IMG/VR virus record: IMGVR_UViG_3300025137_000017
Location: 71,612 to 135,611 of that record
Strand: one strand, 5' to 3'
DNA: 64,000 bases
DNA from: a virus
Shown here one piece after another: positions 50,366 to 59,863 of this stretch (within the stretch, counting starts at the first letter, position 1; each line of letters starts with the position of its first letter). The notes beneath the pieces are model-generated. The model searched no databases, was not told the DNA's origin, and saw nothing but the letters and a program-made list of their open reading frames with translations. Both the position numbers and the translations under genes were made by a program.

Positions 50366-50563
50366 ATGTCAAAAGAAGATAACACAGGCAAAATGGAAGT
50401 TGCTATCAGAGTATTAGGCAACGAACTAATTGCAATGAAAATGGTTGTAGACGACTTTAAAGTTAAATGGTTGATCTATGGCGTAATTACTATTGTAGCA
50501 TTAGGTTGGTCAGCAAGTAGTTTTGGACCAGCTCTATTTGATATGGTATCCACTACTGAATGA
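50366..50563 (+). CDS. small membrane protein
   Basis: IRVLGNELIA motif, C-terminal TM; TAAATA at 50332/50341. Confidence 0.6.
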   Translation: MSKEDNTGKMEVAIRVLGNELIAMKMVVDDFKVKWLIYGVITIVALGWSASSFGPALFDMVSTTE

Positions 50564-51249
50564 TTGACTACTTTGAAAAAAATCTAGAGGCACTGGCTAG
50601 ACAAGGTGTTACAGAGTTTCAAGCAAAGTATAACATGAAAAAAGACGGATACTACCATAAGTTTATTGCTGGTGGTATTACACATGCTTTTTTAAAGCAT
50701 AACGATATTGACCAAATGGTTACTTCAGTAAACCGTCATTGCGATAATTTAATTGAACAATATAAGGCATGGCCAGAACTGGGCGGAATATACTTAAAGT
50801 GTCGACAGGTAGACTTTCACTACTTTTTAAACACAGAGGAATTAATTAACAAGTTTGATAATACAGATGCCTATCTAGACTATTTAATTAAAAATGCAAC
50901 AGATTTCTCCAGGGCAGTTCATCCCTGTCATTTCAACGACTGGCATACCTGGAATGTAGCAATACAAAAAGATTTAAGTTGGATTGTAGTTGATATGGAT
51001 GACCTAATACAATGTGAAACAACGTCAGCAGAGGTTTATGAAACAGAGTTGATATATAAAACAGCCCGTAAAGGTGCTTCATTTGGAAATCCTCACATAC
51101 CTGGAGAATCACTAACAGGTGGTGATCTTGATCCAGATTATGTTGAACAGTATATAAAAAACTACTTTATTAAAAACCCTGACTGTCTAAGTTTTCTTTC
51201 AAAACCAAAGAAGTATTTCGGCCATAATAGTATAAATGGTAAAGAATAG
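50560..51249 (+). CDS. protein-kinase-like fold phosphotransferase (APH/Kdo/RIO-type)
   Basis: HFNDWHTWNV catalytic loop and VVDMDD metal-binding motif at kinase spacing. Confidence 0.55.
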   Translation: MIDYFEKNLEALARQGVTEFQAKYNMKKDGYYHKFIAGGITHAFLKHNDIDQMVTSVNRHCDNLIEQYKAWPELGGIYLKCRQVDFHYFLNTEELINKFDNTDAYLDYLIKNATDFSRAVHPCHFNDWHTWNVAIQKDLSWIVVDMDDLIQCETTSAEVYETELIYKTARKGASFGNPHIPGESLTGGDLDPDYVEQYIKNYFIKNPDCLSFLSKPKKYFGHNSINGKE

Positions 51250-52148
51250 TGTTAACAACAGTATACGGTGATAAAAACGGAACACAGGATAGCATAGCAT
51301 GGTGGTTATGTGAGGAAGACGGTATAGGTCCTCAAATCTATAATGCACCCTGGCGTACAGGCAAAATCCAAGCAAAGTTTGATGATCCCATGCTAGGAAC
51401 ACTAGTAGAGGATTGTCGCTTATATGAGGAGCATGATGAAACAATGCGACTCATGGAAAACACAAGTGATGATTTTCTCCAGCCCTGGAGAAAACACGAA
51501 ACTGCACATACAAATTTAGTATGGAGTAACTATTTCGGTTGCTTATTAAATCCCCAACAAAAAATTATTAGTGATAAACTTATTATTTGTCGTGAAACAC
51601 AACAGGAAGATTGTTTTCACTACATGATCAGTCATGCATTTAAGTTGCTGACTGCTGAAGGGATAGATGATGATAGTGATATATGGTGGCGTGATCATGT
51701 ATATGTGGAGGGTAAACATATAGGTGATTGGCATAGATTATGGTACAGTCTATATCATGATCAAATGTTAACCGCACATTCAGAAGGCAAACTACGGTAT
51801 ATGTGGCAGTTAAACTATATGCATTGGGATTTATACCATGCTATTCAAGAAGGCAAAAACACACATGGTATTGAGTTATGCGATCCAGATGATTTAGATA
51901 GATTATTCCAAGAGAAACTTGATCCATCTGATTTTACCTTTGAAAATATACCCGATATTGAACAAACAATTAGTAATAATACTGGACTTGTAGTTGATGA
52001 TCCACAGTGGTTTAGTTCAGCAGACGTTATACTAGACTACTTAGACATCGCTTGGACCGACAGTTTAAAACAAAACCTACAAGAGTATATACAGATGTAT
52101 ACACAAAAGAGACAATGGTATGATGAAAGATTTAAACTTTATCTATAA
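51249..52148 (+). CDS. hypothetical protein, possibly divergent sulfotransferase-like
   Basis: GTG start overlapping TAG; N-terminal strand-loop-helix TTVYGDKNGTQDSIAWWL; C-terminal ILDYLDI. Confidence 0.45.
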   Translation: MLTTVYGDKNGTQDSIAWWLCEEDGIGPQIYNAPWRTGKIQAKFDDPMLGTLVEDCRLYEEHDETMRLMENTSDDFLQPWRKHETAHTNLVWSNYFGCLLNPQQKIISDKLIICRETQQEDCFHYMISHAFKLLTAEGIDDDSDIWWRDHVYVEGKHIGDWHRLWYSLYHDQMLTAHSEGKLRYMWQLNYMHWDLYHAIQEGKNTHGIELCDPDDLDRLFQEKLDPSDFTFENIPDIEQTISNNTGLVVDDPQWFSSADVILDYLDIAWTDSLKQNLQEYIQMYTQKRQWYDERFKLYL

Positions 52149-52866
52149 GAATCTAAGACCATGTAATGTTCTAGTATTACATCAACCCGGTGCTGGTGGG
52201 CAGTTCTTTTGTAACATGGTGGGTAATATAATGTTACCTCCACATATTAATTGCACTCCTCCTCTTAGAGCTGATAACGATAGTTCGAATGAATATCACA
52301 GTGATCTAGCACCACTAATAACGGCTACACACTTTCAGACTTTATTCAGACGAAATACTTCACCCAGCATGAGAGATTCACAAATTACTATACAACAGTA
52401 TAGATATATATTGAATTGGTATAAGAACACAAAGATTATTAATTTAGTAACGGGTAAAAACTATCAGGATTATGTAAAGATATTAGGACAAATAAAGCTA
52501 CTACAACGAGAAGACTGCACACTTGGTTTATATGAAGAAGCCATACAGGATATTATAACGTGGAAAGCCCACGACAATACTGATAAACGTTGTGAACATT
52601 CAGATATAGACTATTGGAATTCACATACAGATACATTTATTAAGAATCATGTTGCTAGAGGTGGACAGAGTTTAACTATTAAATACGAAGACTTCTTTAT
52701 TAACTTTAATTCAGATGTATTTTCTGAAGCAGTCCACTTCTGTGTGGGTGGGGATATACTTAGTACTACTGAAGATGATTTAATTGATAGGCATGAACGC
52801 AGTATTAGAAAATATCGTATGAAAAATTATCGTTCTATTGAATCATTTTCAATTAGGTGGTCATAA
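52120..52866 (+). CDS. sulfotransferase-like P-loop protein
   Basis: VLVLHQPGAGGQFFCNMV, NEY, THF, LTIKYEDFF. Confidence 0.55.
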   Translation: MMKDLNFIYKNLRPCNVLVLHQPGAGGQFFCNMVGNIMLPPHINCTPPLRADNDSSNEYHSDLAPLITATHFQTLFRRNTSPSMRDSQITIQQYRYILNWYKNTKIINLVTGKNYQDYVKILGQIKLLQREDCTLGLYEEAIQDIITWKAHDNTDKRCEHSDIDYWNSHTDTFIKNHVARGGQSLTIKYEDFFINFNSDVFSEAVHFCVGGDILSTTEDDLIDRHERSIRKYRMKNYRSIESFSIRWS

Positions 52867-53573
52867 CTTTTACACATTAATTCACTACTTTCCGGTGTAC
52901 CATTGCCGTGTATAATCATATGTATACGTTTTTTAAAACTATTATTCCATACACAATGTGGTCTTCCTATATCAATAGCACGAACATCACCAGCACGCCA
53001 GGGTATAATACCAGCGTCTTCCATAGCAAAATCACAACCCGCAGGCTGACTAATAGCAATATTAACTGCTGAACTTAAACTTCTTTCATCATAGTCCTGA
53101 TGGGGTTTAATCCAACCTCCCGGATTCAATAACATAAATCGAACTCTATCGTAACTTGAATAGGGAAATGTATTTGTTAACCAATCAACTGTTACAGGAC
53201 ATCTTTCAGCAATATCACACCAGTCCATTTTGGGTTTAGTTTCAAAATTATATTCACTAGCTCTCCAGTCGTTAGTAGTTTCAGTTGATACTCCATGTAA
53301 ACACATACTATTCCATCCAGGATGAATATTACCACGATGTTTAATAAAGCGATTTTCTATTCTCATAACTTCCTCAAGTATTTCTTCATGTGGTATTTCT
53401 ATCTGTAGACGTAAACTAGCACAATTAGATTTTGTACTAATCCAATCATCATATGCTTTTCGGGTACGCCAGTCCTCACGCCATGTTTTAAACTCAGCCG
53501 GTGGCTGTTTAATATGTTCGTGGTGTGAACTTTGTTTACACTCTTCAAAAAATTCTACTATTTTATCAATCAT
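52827..53573 (-). CDS. aspartyl/asparaginyl beta-hydroxylase-like 2OG-Fe(II) oxygenase
   Basis: RVRFMLLNPGGWIKPHQD (HxD), HCVWN, RIHMIIHG; start at MIDKIVE with GGAGG SD. Confidence 0.8.
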   Translation of the reverse strand: MIDKIVEFFEECKQSSHHEHIKQPPAEFKTWREDWRTRKAYDDWISTKSNCASLRLQIEIPHEEILEEVMRIENRFIKHRGNIHPGWNSMCLHGVSTETTNDWRASEYNFETKPKMDWCDIAERCPVTVDWLTNTFPYSSYDRVRFMLLNPGGWIKPHQDYDERSLSSAVNIAISQPAGCDFAMEDAGIIPWRAGDVRAIDIGRPHCVWNNSFKKRIHMIIHGNGTPESSELMCKSYDHLIENDSIER

Positions 53574-55017
53574 TTTTCCTCCAGGGGAACATTTCAATTA
53601 AGTCATCTCTGACCCACCATATATTGTATTTAACATCTATATCAAGTAACTCATGTTTAGCTTCCAGATCCCATAAGTAATCCAATAATTGGCCTCTTAT
53701 TTCTTTGCGAGCATTATGGTTATATAAGAATGCAGTATGTATAAAAGCAAAACAATTTGAGAAGTTAAAATGCATACGGTGTATTTCATCAGTACGTTGA
53801 CCGGCAACAACTGATCTAATAAATTGGTTTATTTTTGTTTTAAATAAGTCAACATCAAAAAAGTTAATGGGTTGGTAATAACAGTAATTTAAAGTTTTTT
53901 CCTGAAACTCTTCCCGAAACCATTTAGTAAAGTCTGGATGACTATCTATAAAATCGTCTAGGTTCTTTAGTGTATGTTTACCTTTAAGCATATTGTCAAA
54001 GTTATTTTCTTCTGCCCAGTTTAATATAAATTTACTATAACCTGTGCCTGTCCAATTATTATGAATATGTCTAGTCATTGCTAAACCGGCTCTACTTGCA
54101 TCCATTACATATAGTCTATTACCACTACCGGCACCACCATGTGCATGATCCTGACTATAACCTTGAAAGTTATAGGCTTCAAATAGATTACTTAATCCAC
54201 CTGCTGTCGTAAATACGTGGTTACATTCATTTGATTGTTTATCACAACCCAGTGGAAAGTTAGTTTCCAGTACAACATTTTCTGTATTACTAACATAGAA
54301 ACTACCTTCTGTACCAACCAAATACGATAGTCCGTGAGTTAAACTTTTAACTGCATCTATTTCTGGATAAGTGTAATCATATAGTTCGCGAACTTCTTTA
54401 GGCCATACTCTTGCACCAGTGGGTGAATCAATAGCTTGTTTAATTAAATTCCAACCGAATCGTACAGAGTTATATTTTCTTTTGTCAGTTCCTTTTGAAA
54501 CCCAAGTGGGCGTATAACCGCCACTATGTAGGTTTTCTTTAGAACGCAAGGGTTCTGAAGTTGTGAGTAGAGTTTGTGATTCTTCTCCTACTGACTTGTC
54601 TGCTAAACTATTCCACCAAGCAACATCAATCATTAGGCATTGTGGGTGTAATTCATAATACTCATCACCCTTATCTAGTATATGCCCACATAGTACTTCT
54701 CCTTTATATTCTTTTTTAAACCAATTACCGAAACGTTCCAATAGAAACGTCATCATAATACCAGTTTTAATAATTAATATATTATCAAGACCTTCAGCTG
54801 ATGCCTTAGCCATTAGTTTCTCAATTGAATCTTCGCAAAACTGTGAATCCCAGCCACAACAATAAGCATTAATACACCAAAACTCGTTAGCATTTTGTAG
54901 CATTTGTTTATATAAAGGATTTAAAATTCGTTTATTATTTAACCAACCCAGTCCCACACGTCTTTCGTCAGTTCGCAAACTGTTTTGATCAAACTCAAAC
55001 TTCTTATTCTCTTGCAT
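53566..55017 (-). CDS. two-domain protein: glycosyltransferase-like N-half, Rossmann/methyltransferase-like C-half
   Basis: GHILD..YYELHPQCLMID; TAGG...LYVMDAS; TAAATA at 55045-55050 on - strand; fold calls are tentative. Confidence 0.45.
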   Translation of the reverse strand: MQENKKFEFDQNSLRTDERRVGLGWLNNKRILNPLYKQMLQNANEFWCINAYCCGWDSQFCEDSIEKLMAKASAEGLDNILIIKTGIMMTFLLERFGNWFKKEYKGEVLCGHILDKGDEYYELHPQCLMIDVAWWNSLADKSVGEESQTLLTTSEPLRSKENLHSGGYTPTWVSKGTDKRKYNSVRFGWNLIKQAIDSPTGARVWPKEVRELYDYTYPEIDAVKSLTHGLSYLVGTEGSFYVSNTENVVLETNFPLGCDKQSNECNHVFTTAGGLSNLFEAYNFQGYSQDHAHGGAGSGNRLYVMDASRAGLAMTRHIHNNWTGTGYSKFILNWAEENNFDNMLKGKHTLKNLDDFIDSHPDFTKWFREEFQEKTLNYCYYQPINFFDVDLFKTKINQFIRSVVAGQRTDEIHRMHFNFSNCFAFIHTAFLYNHNARKEIRGQLLDYLWDLEAKHELLDIDVKYNIWWVRDDLIEMFPWRKND

Positions 55018-55034
55018 TGGGGGTTATCCTTTAC

Positions 55035-55075
55035 TTGACATAAGTATTTAGTTGTGTTAGAATAAGGTATAAATA
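55035..55075. promoter_or_regulatory. overlapping divergent promoters (sigma70 +, late -, late +)
   Basis: TTGACA(55035)-N17-TAGAAT(55058); TATTTA 55045; TATAAATA 55068. Confidence 0.6.
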
Positions 55076-55800
55076 TGAATATGCTTAGAAATGATGAAGA
55101 AAAACAAGAGATCCTAAACCGTCTTGAACCAACTAGGGTCATAAAAAACTGTATATCCGTTGAAATGATGGATATGCTACGTGGTGTCTATACGACTAGC
55201 GAAAAAAACTTTAAGAATACTGGACCTATTACAGTTGATTATTTCCCAAGGAAGCCACCATATGCGGACTGGTGGTTAACTATTGACAAACTAATCACTC
55301 GCTATATAGGAAAGCATTCAACGTTCACTACAAACTTCTATGAGGTTGAATACCCGCACATACTACACAATGATGACAGTATTCAACTAAAACCTCGCCT
55401 ACATAAAACTGTAGTGATACCCCTAGAGATAAGTGAGCCAACTGAGTTTGCAATATTTGATCAATGCTATTTAGATGGACCTGTTAAATTAAGACATGGT
55501 GGCACACCAAAAAATAAAAATCACGATAAACCCGTAACCTACTACAACACAGACTTAACTGATAATTCAAAACTAATTAATTATACTGGCAAAGACTTTG
55601 ATCCTGAACTATGGGAAGATAAGTTCAGTCATTATGGTATAGAAAAATTCCACGGACTTAGTGTTGAATCAATAGTTAAATGGAACCCAGGAGATATTAT
55701 TATATTTGATACTGCTAGAATACATTGTGCAACAGACTTCCGTAAGCAGGGTATTAAACGTAAGTTGGGATATAGTATCTTTACTGCCAAAGAGGACTAA
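55075..55800 (+). CDS. 2OG-Fe(II) oxygenase-like protein
   Basis: LHNDD, VVIPL, WNPGDIIIFDTARIHCA, distal K. Confidence 0.7.
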   Translation: MNMLRNDEEKQEILNRLEPTRVIKNCISVEMMDMLRGVYTTSEKNFKNTGPITVDYFPRKPPYADWWLTIDKLITRYIGKHSTFTTNFYEVEYPHILHNDDSIQLKPRLHKTVVIPLEISEPTEFAIFDQCYLDGPVKLRHGGTPKNKNHDKPVTYYNTDLTDNSKLINYTGKDFDPELWEDKFSHYGIEKFHGLSVESIVKWNPGDIIIFDTARIHCATDFRKQGIKRKLGYSIFTAKED

Positions 55801-55801
55801 C

Positions 55802-56575
55802 ATGTATATAAACAATTGTTCGGAACATAAACAAACCGTACTGGATAACTTTGAACCAGCTGAATTAATACAATCGGCACTTACACAGACACAAATAGAT
55901 GAATTAATGTTATTACAGTTTCAGACTGCTGATAGAATAAAGTATACTGCATCAAGTAATAATATTCAACCCGTATGTGATATTGATAGTGTGTTTGCTA
56001 AATGTAGTTGGCTTAAACCCATGTTTAATAATTTAATTGGTGAATTTTCAGATAACCACAGTGGTAATTATTATATTACTACAAACCTACATGATGCACA
56101 TGTGGACTTATTAAGTGAGAACGAGTGTTCAAGGCCAGAGTTTGAATGGACCAAACGTGTAATACCCTATAAGAGTTGTGTTATACCATTGTTGATCACT
56201 GAGAAATCTGATGCCGTAACGGCATTCTTTAACCAAAGACACATAGGGTATTCAACTACATTCGATAGAGTTAAGATAAGCGAACAGGGTAATAGTGAAT
56301 ATGAAATTGCTAGAGATTATCCAGACTTATATGAACGTGATGGCAGTTTAAGTGATGGTGAATATGTATATAAAAGAAAAAAAGATATTTTATTCCCACA
56401 TATACCTGCAGGTAATATGCAGGGATTAAGTGTAGAGATAGTAATGCCATATAGAGTGGGAGACATAATGTTATTTGATGCTTGTCAGATACATGCAAGT
56501 GGTACTAGAAGAAATAGACCCAACTACCGTTGGCTTAAAAGTGGAATGAATATACAATTTTATAAGGAGATATAA
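55802..56575 (+). CDS. 2OG-Fe(II) oxygenase-like protein (paralogue of upstream gene)
   Basis: AHVD, CVIPL, YRVGDIMLFDACQIHAS, distal K; start MYINNC. Confidence 0.7.
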   Translation: MYINNCSEHKQTVLDNFEPAELIQSALTQTQIDELMLLQFQTADRIKYTASSNNIQPVCDIDSVFAKCSWLKPMFNNLIGEFSDNHSGNYYITTNLHDAHVDLLSENECSRPEFEWTKRVIPYKSCVIPLLITEKSDAVTAFFNQRHIGYSTTFDRVKISEQGNSEYEIARDYPDLYERDGSLSDGEYVYKRKKDILFPHIPAGNMQGLSVEIVMPYRVGDIMLFDACQIHASGTRRNRPNYRWLKSGMNIQFYKEI

Positions 56576-57342
56576 TGGCTAAGATACAAAACCTAGAAAC
56601 TGTGACAGCAGTAGAACACTTCACTGATGATTTGTTTTGGTTTAGAACTACTAAAAAAGGTGAATGGACTCGTCCATTTAGACCCGGTGAGTTTGTAATG
56701 ATTGGTATGGGAGATGACAATACTACAAGAGCATATTCAATTGCAAACAGTCCTGACGACGATTGTATAGAGTTCTTTAGTATTAAAGTACAGGATGGTC
56801 CCCTAACATCAAGACTACAACATATTAAACTGGGAGATACATTAGACGTAAGTACTCGTCCAATTGGAACTTTAATATTAACTAATTTAAATATGTATAA
56901 CCTAGATCACGACAAGCCTCGTCTATGGTGTATATCAACAGGCACAGGCTTAGCACCTTTCCTAAGTATTGCACGTCATCCAGAAGCATATGAATATTAC
57001 GATCAAGTAATAATTACACACACCTGCAGAACAAATGACGAATTAGTATTCCGTTCAGAGCTGGAAGCTCAAGGTGCTGTCGTATATCAGACAGTAACAA
57101 GAGAAGAACCTGCTGAAGGAGTATATGAAGGTAGAATAACAGATAATATTAATAGTGGTAAACTATTTAAAGATCTAGACTGTGATGAGTTTGATCCCAC
57201 AAGAGATCGCATAATGATTTGTGGAGGACCCAGCTTTAATAATGAAATAAGAGCAATGTTGGAAGCCAAAGGCTGGGAACATGGCACTATGAAGTCACCT
57301 GGACACTTTGTACAAGAAAGAGCATTTGTAGAAACCTTATAA
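56575..57342 (+). CDS. fpr: ferredoxin/flavodoxin-NADP+ reductase, bacterial type
   Basis: FRPGEF, RAYSIAN, GPLTSRLQ, TGTGLAPF, MICG, C-terminal ERAFVE. Confidence 0.92.
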   Translation: MAKIQNLETVTAVEHFTDDLFWFRTTKKGEWTRPFRPGEFVMIGMGDDNTTRAYSIANSPDDDCIEFFSIKVQDGPLTSRLQHIKLGDTLDVSTRPIGTLILTNLNMYNLDHDKPRLWCISTGTGLAPFLSIARHPEAYEYYDQVIITHTCRTNDELVFRSELEAQGAVVYQTVTREEPAEGVYEGRITDNINSGKLFKDLDCDEFDPTRDRIMICGGPSFNNEIRAMLEAKGWEHGTMKSPGHFVQERAFVETL

Positions 57343-57350
57343 ATATGGGT

Positions 57351-57436
57351 GTAGTACTGCTGGTTACATTATGTGGCCCCGGTCTTTAAAACCGTTGCAG
57401 AAATAACGCCCTAGGAATTTGTAATAGTAGTACTAC
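57351..57436 (+). ncRNA. candidate late-transcribed structured RNA
   Basis: TATAAATA 57338-57345 puts +1 at 57351, the first base of a 17-bp terminal stem; apical CGGT-CTTTAAA-ACCG. Confidence 0.55.
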
Positions 57437-57455
57437 GATTCCAGGAGATATTCAA

Positions 57456-57713
57456 ATGAAAGACTTAATTGGACATAACAGTAAAAATAAAAAGAAATTA
57501 ATTATAGACATTACTGATATATACGACCAGAGAGACAGAAAGAAAAAAGAATTAACGTTTTATACTGCTGAGTTAGAAAAATGTATGGCGAAGCTGGGTA
57601 TGATTCAATATGAGATTGGCGTTAACGAAGCTATTATTCGTATGATAGAGAACGAACAGATCTTAGATCTACAGGAAGCAATTCGAGATAAACGAAAACA
57701 TCTACAGGATTAA
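57456..57713 (+). CDS. small coiled-coil protein
   Basis: AGGAG SD; R.RK.KEL.FY motif. Confidence 0.65.
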   Translation: MKDLIGHNSKNKKKLIIDITDIYDQRDRKKKELTFYTAELEKCMAKLGMIQYEIGVNEAIIRMIENEQILDLQEAIRDKRKHLQD

Positions 57714-57717
57714 TTAA

Positions 57718-58482
57718 ATGCTATATATTGTTGTAAGTCCTAGCTGTTTAAGTCAGATGGAAATTCCTTACCTTTTAAACTGTTCACCAGAGTTCTTTGG
57801 GGAGCAACCACATGACAAATGGTGGGCTACATATACCCTAAATGATTCAGAAGTTGATGGTGAACTGGGAGAGTTTGGTACTGTTAGAGTACATGATGAC
57901 TACTGGCATATAGATGATACTGACAGACCCTATTATAATTTTAAAGTGCGTAATAGTCTTGAATTAACACATGAACAGTATAGGGGTTTATTAAATCTAA
58001 TACCACGTCATAAAAACATTGCCGTATTATTACATGCACAAAATATACAAGACATATTTGCTTGGAGTAGAACAGATGATGTAATGGTGATTGCGGCCTA
58101 CATGGGTGACTGGGAAAACGATATAGAGTACTGGGCAATGCGAGAGTTCAATACCATAATGCAGGACGATAGAAATGCAAACTATAGTTCAGCTAATCAC
58201 ACCTATACAGACGTTGCTAGTGTTGTGACTGCTTTTAACCACAGGCGCAATAGTGATAGAGACTGGCGTAAACGTGCCCTGGGCAATTGTGATAGAGTTA
58301 TAAGCCAGCCTGAATGGCAAAGAAGTGAAGAAATCTTCTGGTTCTGGGATCACTTCGGAGTTACACCTACATCAAGAACATGGTGTAAACAATACTTTGA
58401 AACATTTCAGAGTAAACAGGAATATAATGTAGAAAGACTACAACAACTAAGAAAGGAATACAATAATGTATCACCTAGATAA
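57718..58482 (+). CDS. hypothetical protein, possibly divergent sulfotransferase-like
   Basis: YIVVSPSCLSQMEIPYLLNCSPEF N-terminus; FWDHFGV near C-terminus. Confidence 0.45.
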   Translation: MLYIVVSPSCLSQMEIPYLLNCSPEFFGEQPHDKWWATYTLNDSEVDGELGEFGTVRVHDDYWHIDDTDRPYYNFKVRNSLELTHEQYRGLLNLIPRHKNIAVLLHAQNIQDIFAWSRTDDVMVIAAYMGDWENDIEYWAMREFNTIMQDDRNANYSSANHTYTDVASVVTAFNHRRNSDRDWRKRALGNCDRVISQPEWQRSEEIFWFWDHFGVTPTSRTWCKQYFETFQSKQEYNVERLQQLRKEYNNVSPR

Positions 58483-58834
58483 AGAAGATGTATATTTAAT
58501 GAGTAAACCCATTAAAATATATCTATTTAAAGACAAAGATGAAGTTAAAGTCAGCTTTCGTATTACAGACTACGTTAACTTCCACCGTGAGATGAGCATA
58601 GCAGACTTCCAATACATATGCGATAATTGGCGTACAGGCGTAGAGGGTTTGGAAACTAAAAACGGCAAATACTTCTGGTATTATAGTGACTGTGGTCCTC
58701 GTCCTGAATGTGTACCTGCTAAGTTTGTACAAATTAACGTGGGCGGCTGGAGTTTCCGTATTAGTGAGGAAGAAATGAAGAGCCTTGTAATAGAGTTTGA
58801 CTACCAAAAGAACAATAAGATGCATTGGGACTAG
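58466..58834 (+). CDS. hypothetical protein
   Basis: AAGGA SD, 122 aa. Confidence 0.6.
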   Translation: MYHLDKEDVYLMSKPIKIYLFKDKDEVKVSFRITDYVNFHREMSIADFQYICDNWRTGVEGLETKNGKYFWYYSDCGPRPECVPAKFVQINVGGWSFRISEEEMKSLVIEFDYQKNNKMHWD

Positions 58835-58907
58835 AGTATCTGATCATGTTTTGATCATTCATTTATAAATACATTTATAAGATAATATAGGGCGGGGATC
58901 CCATAAA

Positions 58908-59396
58908 ATGTTTAACTTTAACATGGATAAGTATCAGTTTTTTTTAGTGATACTAATAATAGGAATATTTGTAGGCATGTACTGCCAGATAAAGTCCTTC
59001 TATGAGGTAAACACCATAAACCCACTAGAAAATATAAACGTTGAAGTCACAAAGCCTGTTTATGCAGATTCAAGAGAAATAGTATGGTACGGAACATACG
59101 ACAGAAAGATATATTGCAGACTAGTGGACTTCCATGTATTACTAAAGCATGATACTGGTGCTGTTATATACATGTTAAAAGAAGATCAACTAACTAGATC
59201 ACCAAGTATAAGTATCAAACCCGGAAAAAATATCCCAATTGATTTCGCACTAAGAACTCCAGCTAATATGGCATTGGGTGAATACACTAGTGAATTTTGG
59301 GGTTTATATTTTTGTGGTACGGGTATATTTAGAAGCCAGCGAGCAGTTAACTTAGAAGTTGGTAAATTTATAGTAGAAAATAGATTAATTAATTAA
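58908..59396 (+). CDS. N-terminally membrane-anchored late protein
   Basis: TM FFLVILIIGIFVGMY; TATAAATA 58864. Confidence 0.55.
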   Translation: MFNFNMDKYQFFLVILIIGIFVGMYCQIKSFYEVNTINPLENINVEVTKPVYADSREIVWYGTYDRKIYCRLVDFHVLLKHDTGAVIYMLKEDQLTRSPSISIKPGKNIPIDFALRTPANMALGEYTSEFWGLYFCGTGIFRSQRAVNLEVGKFIVENRLIN

Positions 59397-59406
59397 AAAA
59401 TAGAGT

Positions 59407-59440
59407 GATTAAAGGATAAATTAATACCCTTTAATCTTTT
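59407..59440. terminator. hairpin between convergent genes
   Basis: gattaaagg/cctttaatc followed by TTTT. Confidence 0.55.
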
Positions 59441-59445
59441 AGTCT

Positions 59446-59718
59446 CTATACGTCTCTTGAATCGCTTTTAAATGCCATATCAAATGTAGGTGTATCGCCA
59501 CCTTCATAAGTTGCACTAGATGCCGTATCCCAATCTGCTTCAGTGGCAAACGTTCTAGTTATTTCCACTACATTAGTACCGTCTGCAGCGATACTGTATG
59601 ACTGTACTTTAGGATGTCCACCACCACATTTACCATGTGCGGCTTCCCAGGCGGCTTGATCAGCAAAAGTGGCTGAAGCGTCTTGGTCTGTTAATGTTTT
59701 TACAATTGTTATTGCCAT
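59446..59718 (-). CDS. small A/T/D-rich late protein, possibly virion
   Basis: AGGAGA SD and TAAATA (59757-59762) on - strand. Confidence 0.65.
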   Translation of the reverse strand: MAITIVKTLTDQDASATFADQAAWEAAHGKCGGGHPKVQSYSIAADGTNVVEITRTFATEADWDTASSATYEGGDTPTFDMAFKSDSRDV

Positions 59719-59794
59719 TATATTTTCTCCTATAGGTATATAATCTTATACAAACATATTTATTAAAAAAAGGTGAAAAAAGTGCAATAAAAGG

Positions 59795-59823
59795 TTGACA
59801 GTAAGACGTCTTGGTGCTATACT
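59795..59823 (+). promoter_or_regulatory. sigma70-type early promoter TTGACAGTAAG...TGcTATACT with A-rich UP region
   Basis: Consensus boxes, 17-nt spacer, AAGACGTCTT palindrome in spacer. Confidence 0.8.
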
Positions 59824-59863
59824 AAGTATACAATAAGAAATTAAGCATTAACAGGAGTTTTAA

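Noticed and set aside
57380-57394. Ochre-suppressor or Sec tRNA (UUA loop)
   Set aside because: No D/T arms, acceptor stem or CCA; TAA is the main stop codon in this window and ORFs are intact under the standard code
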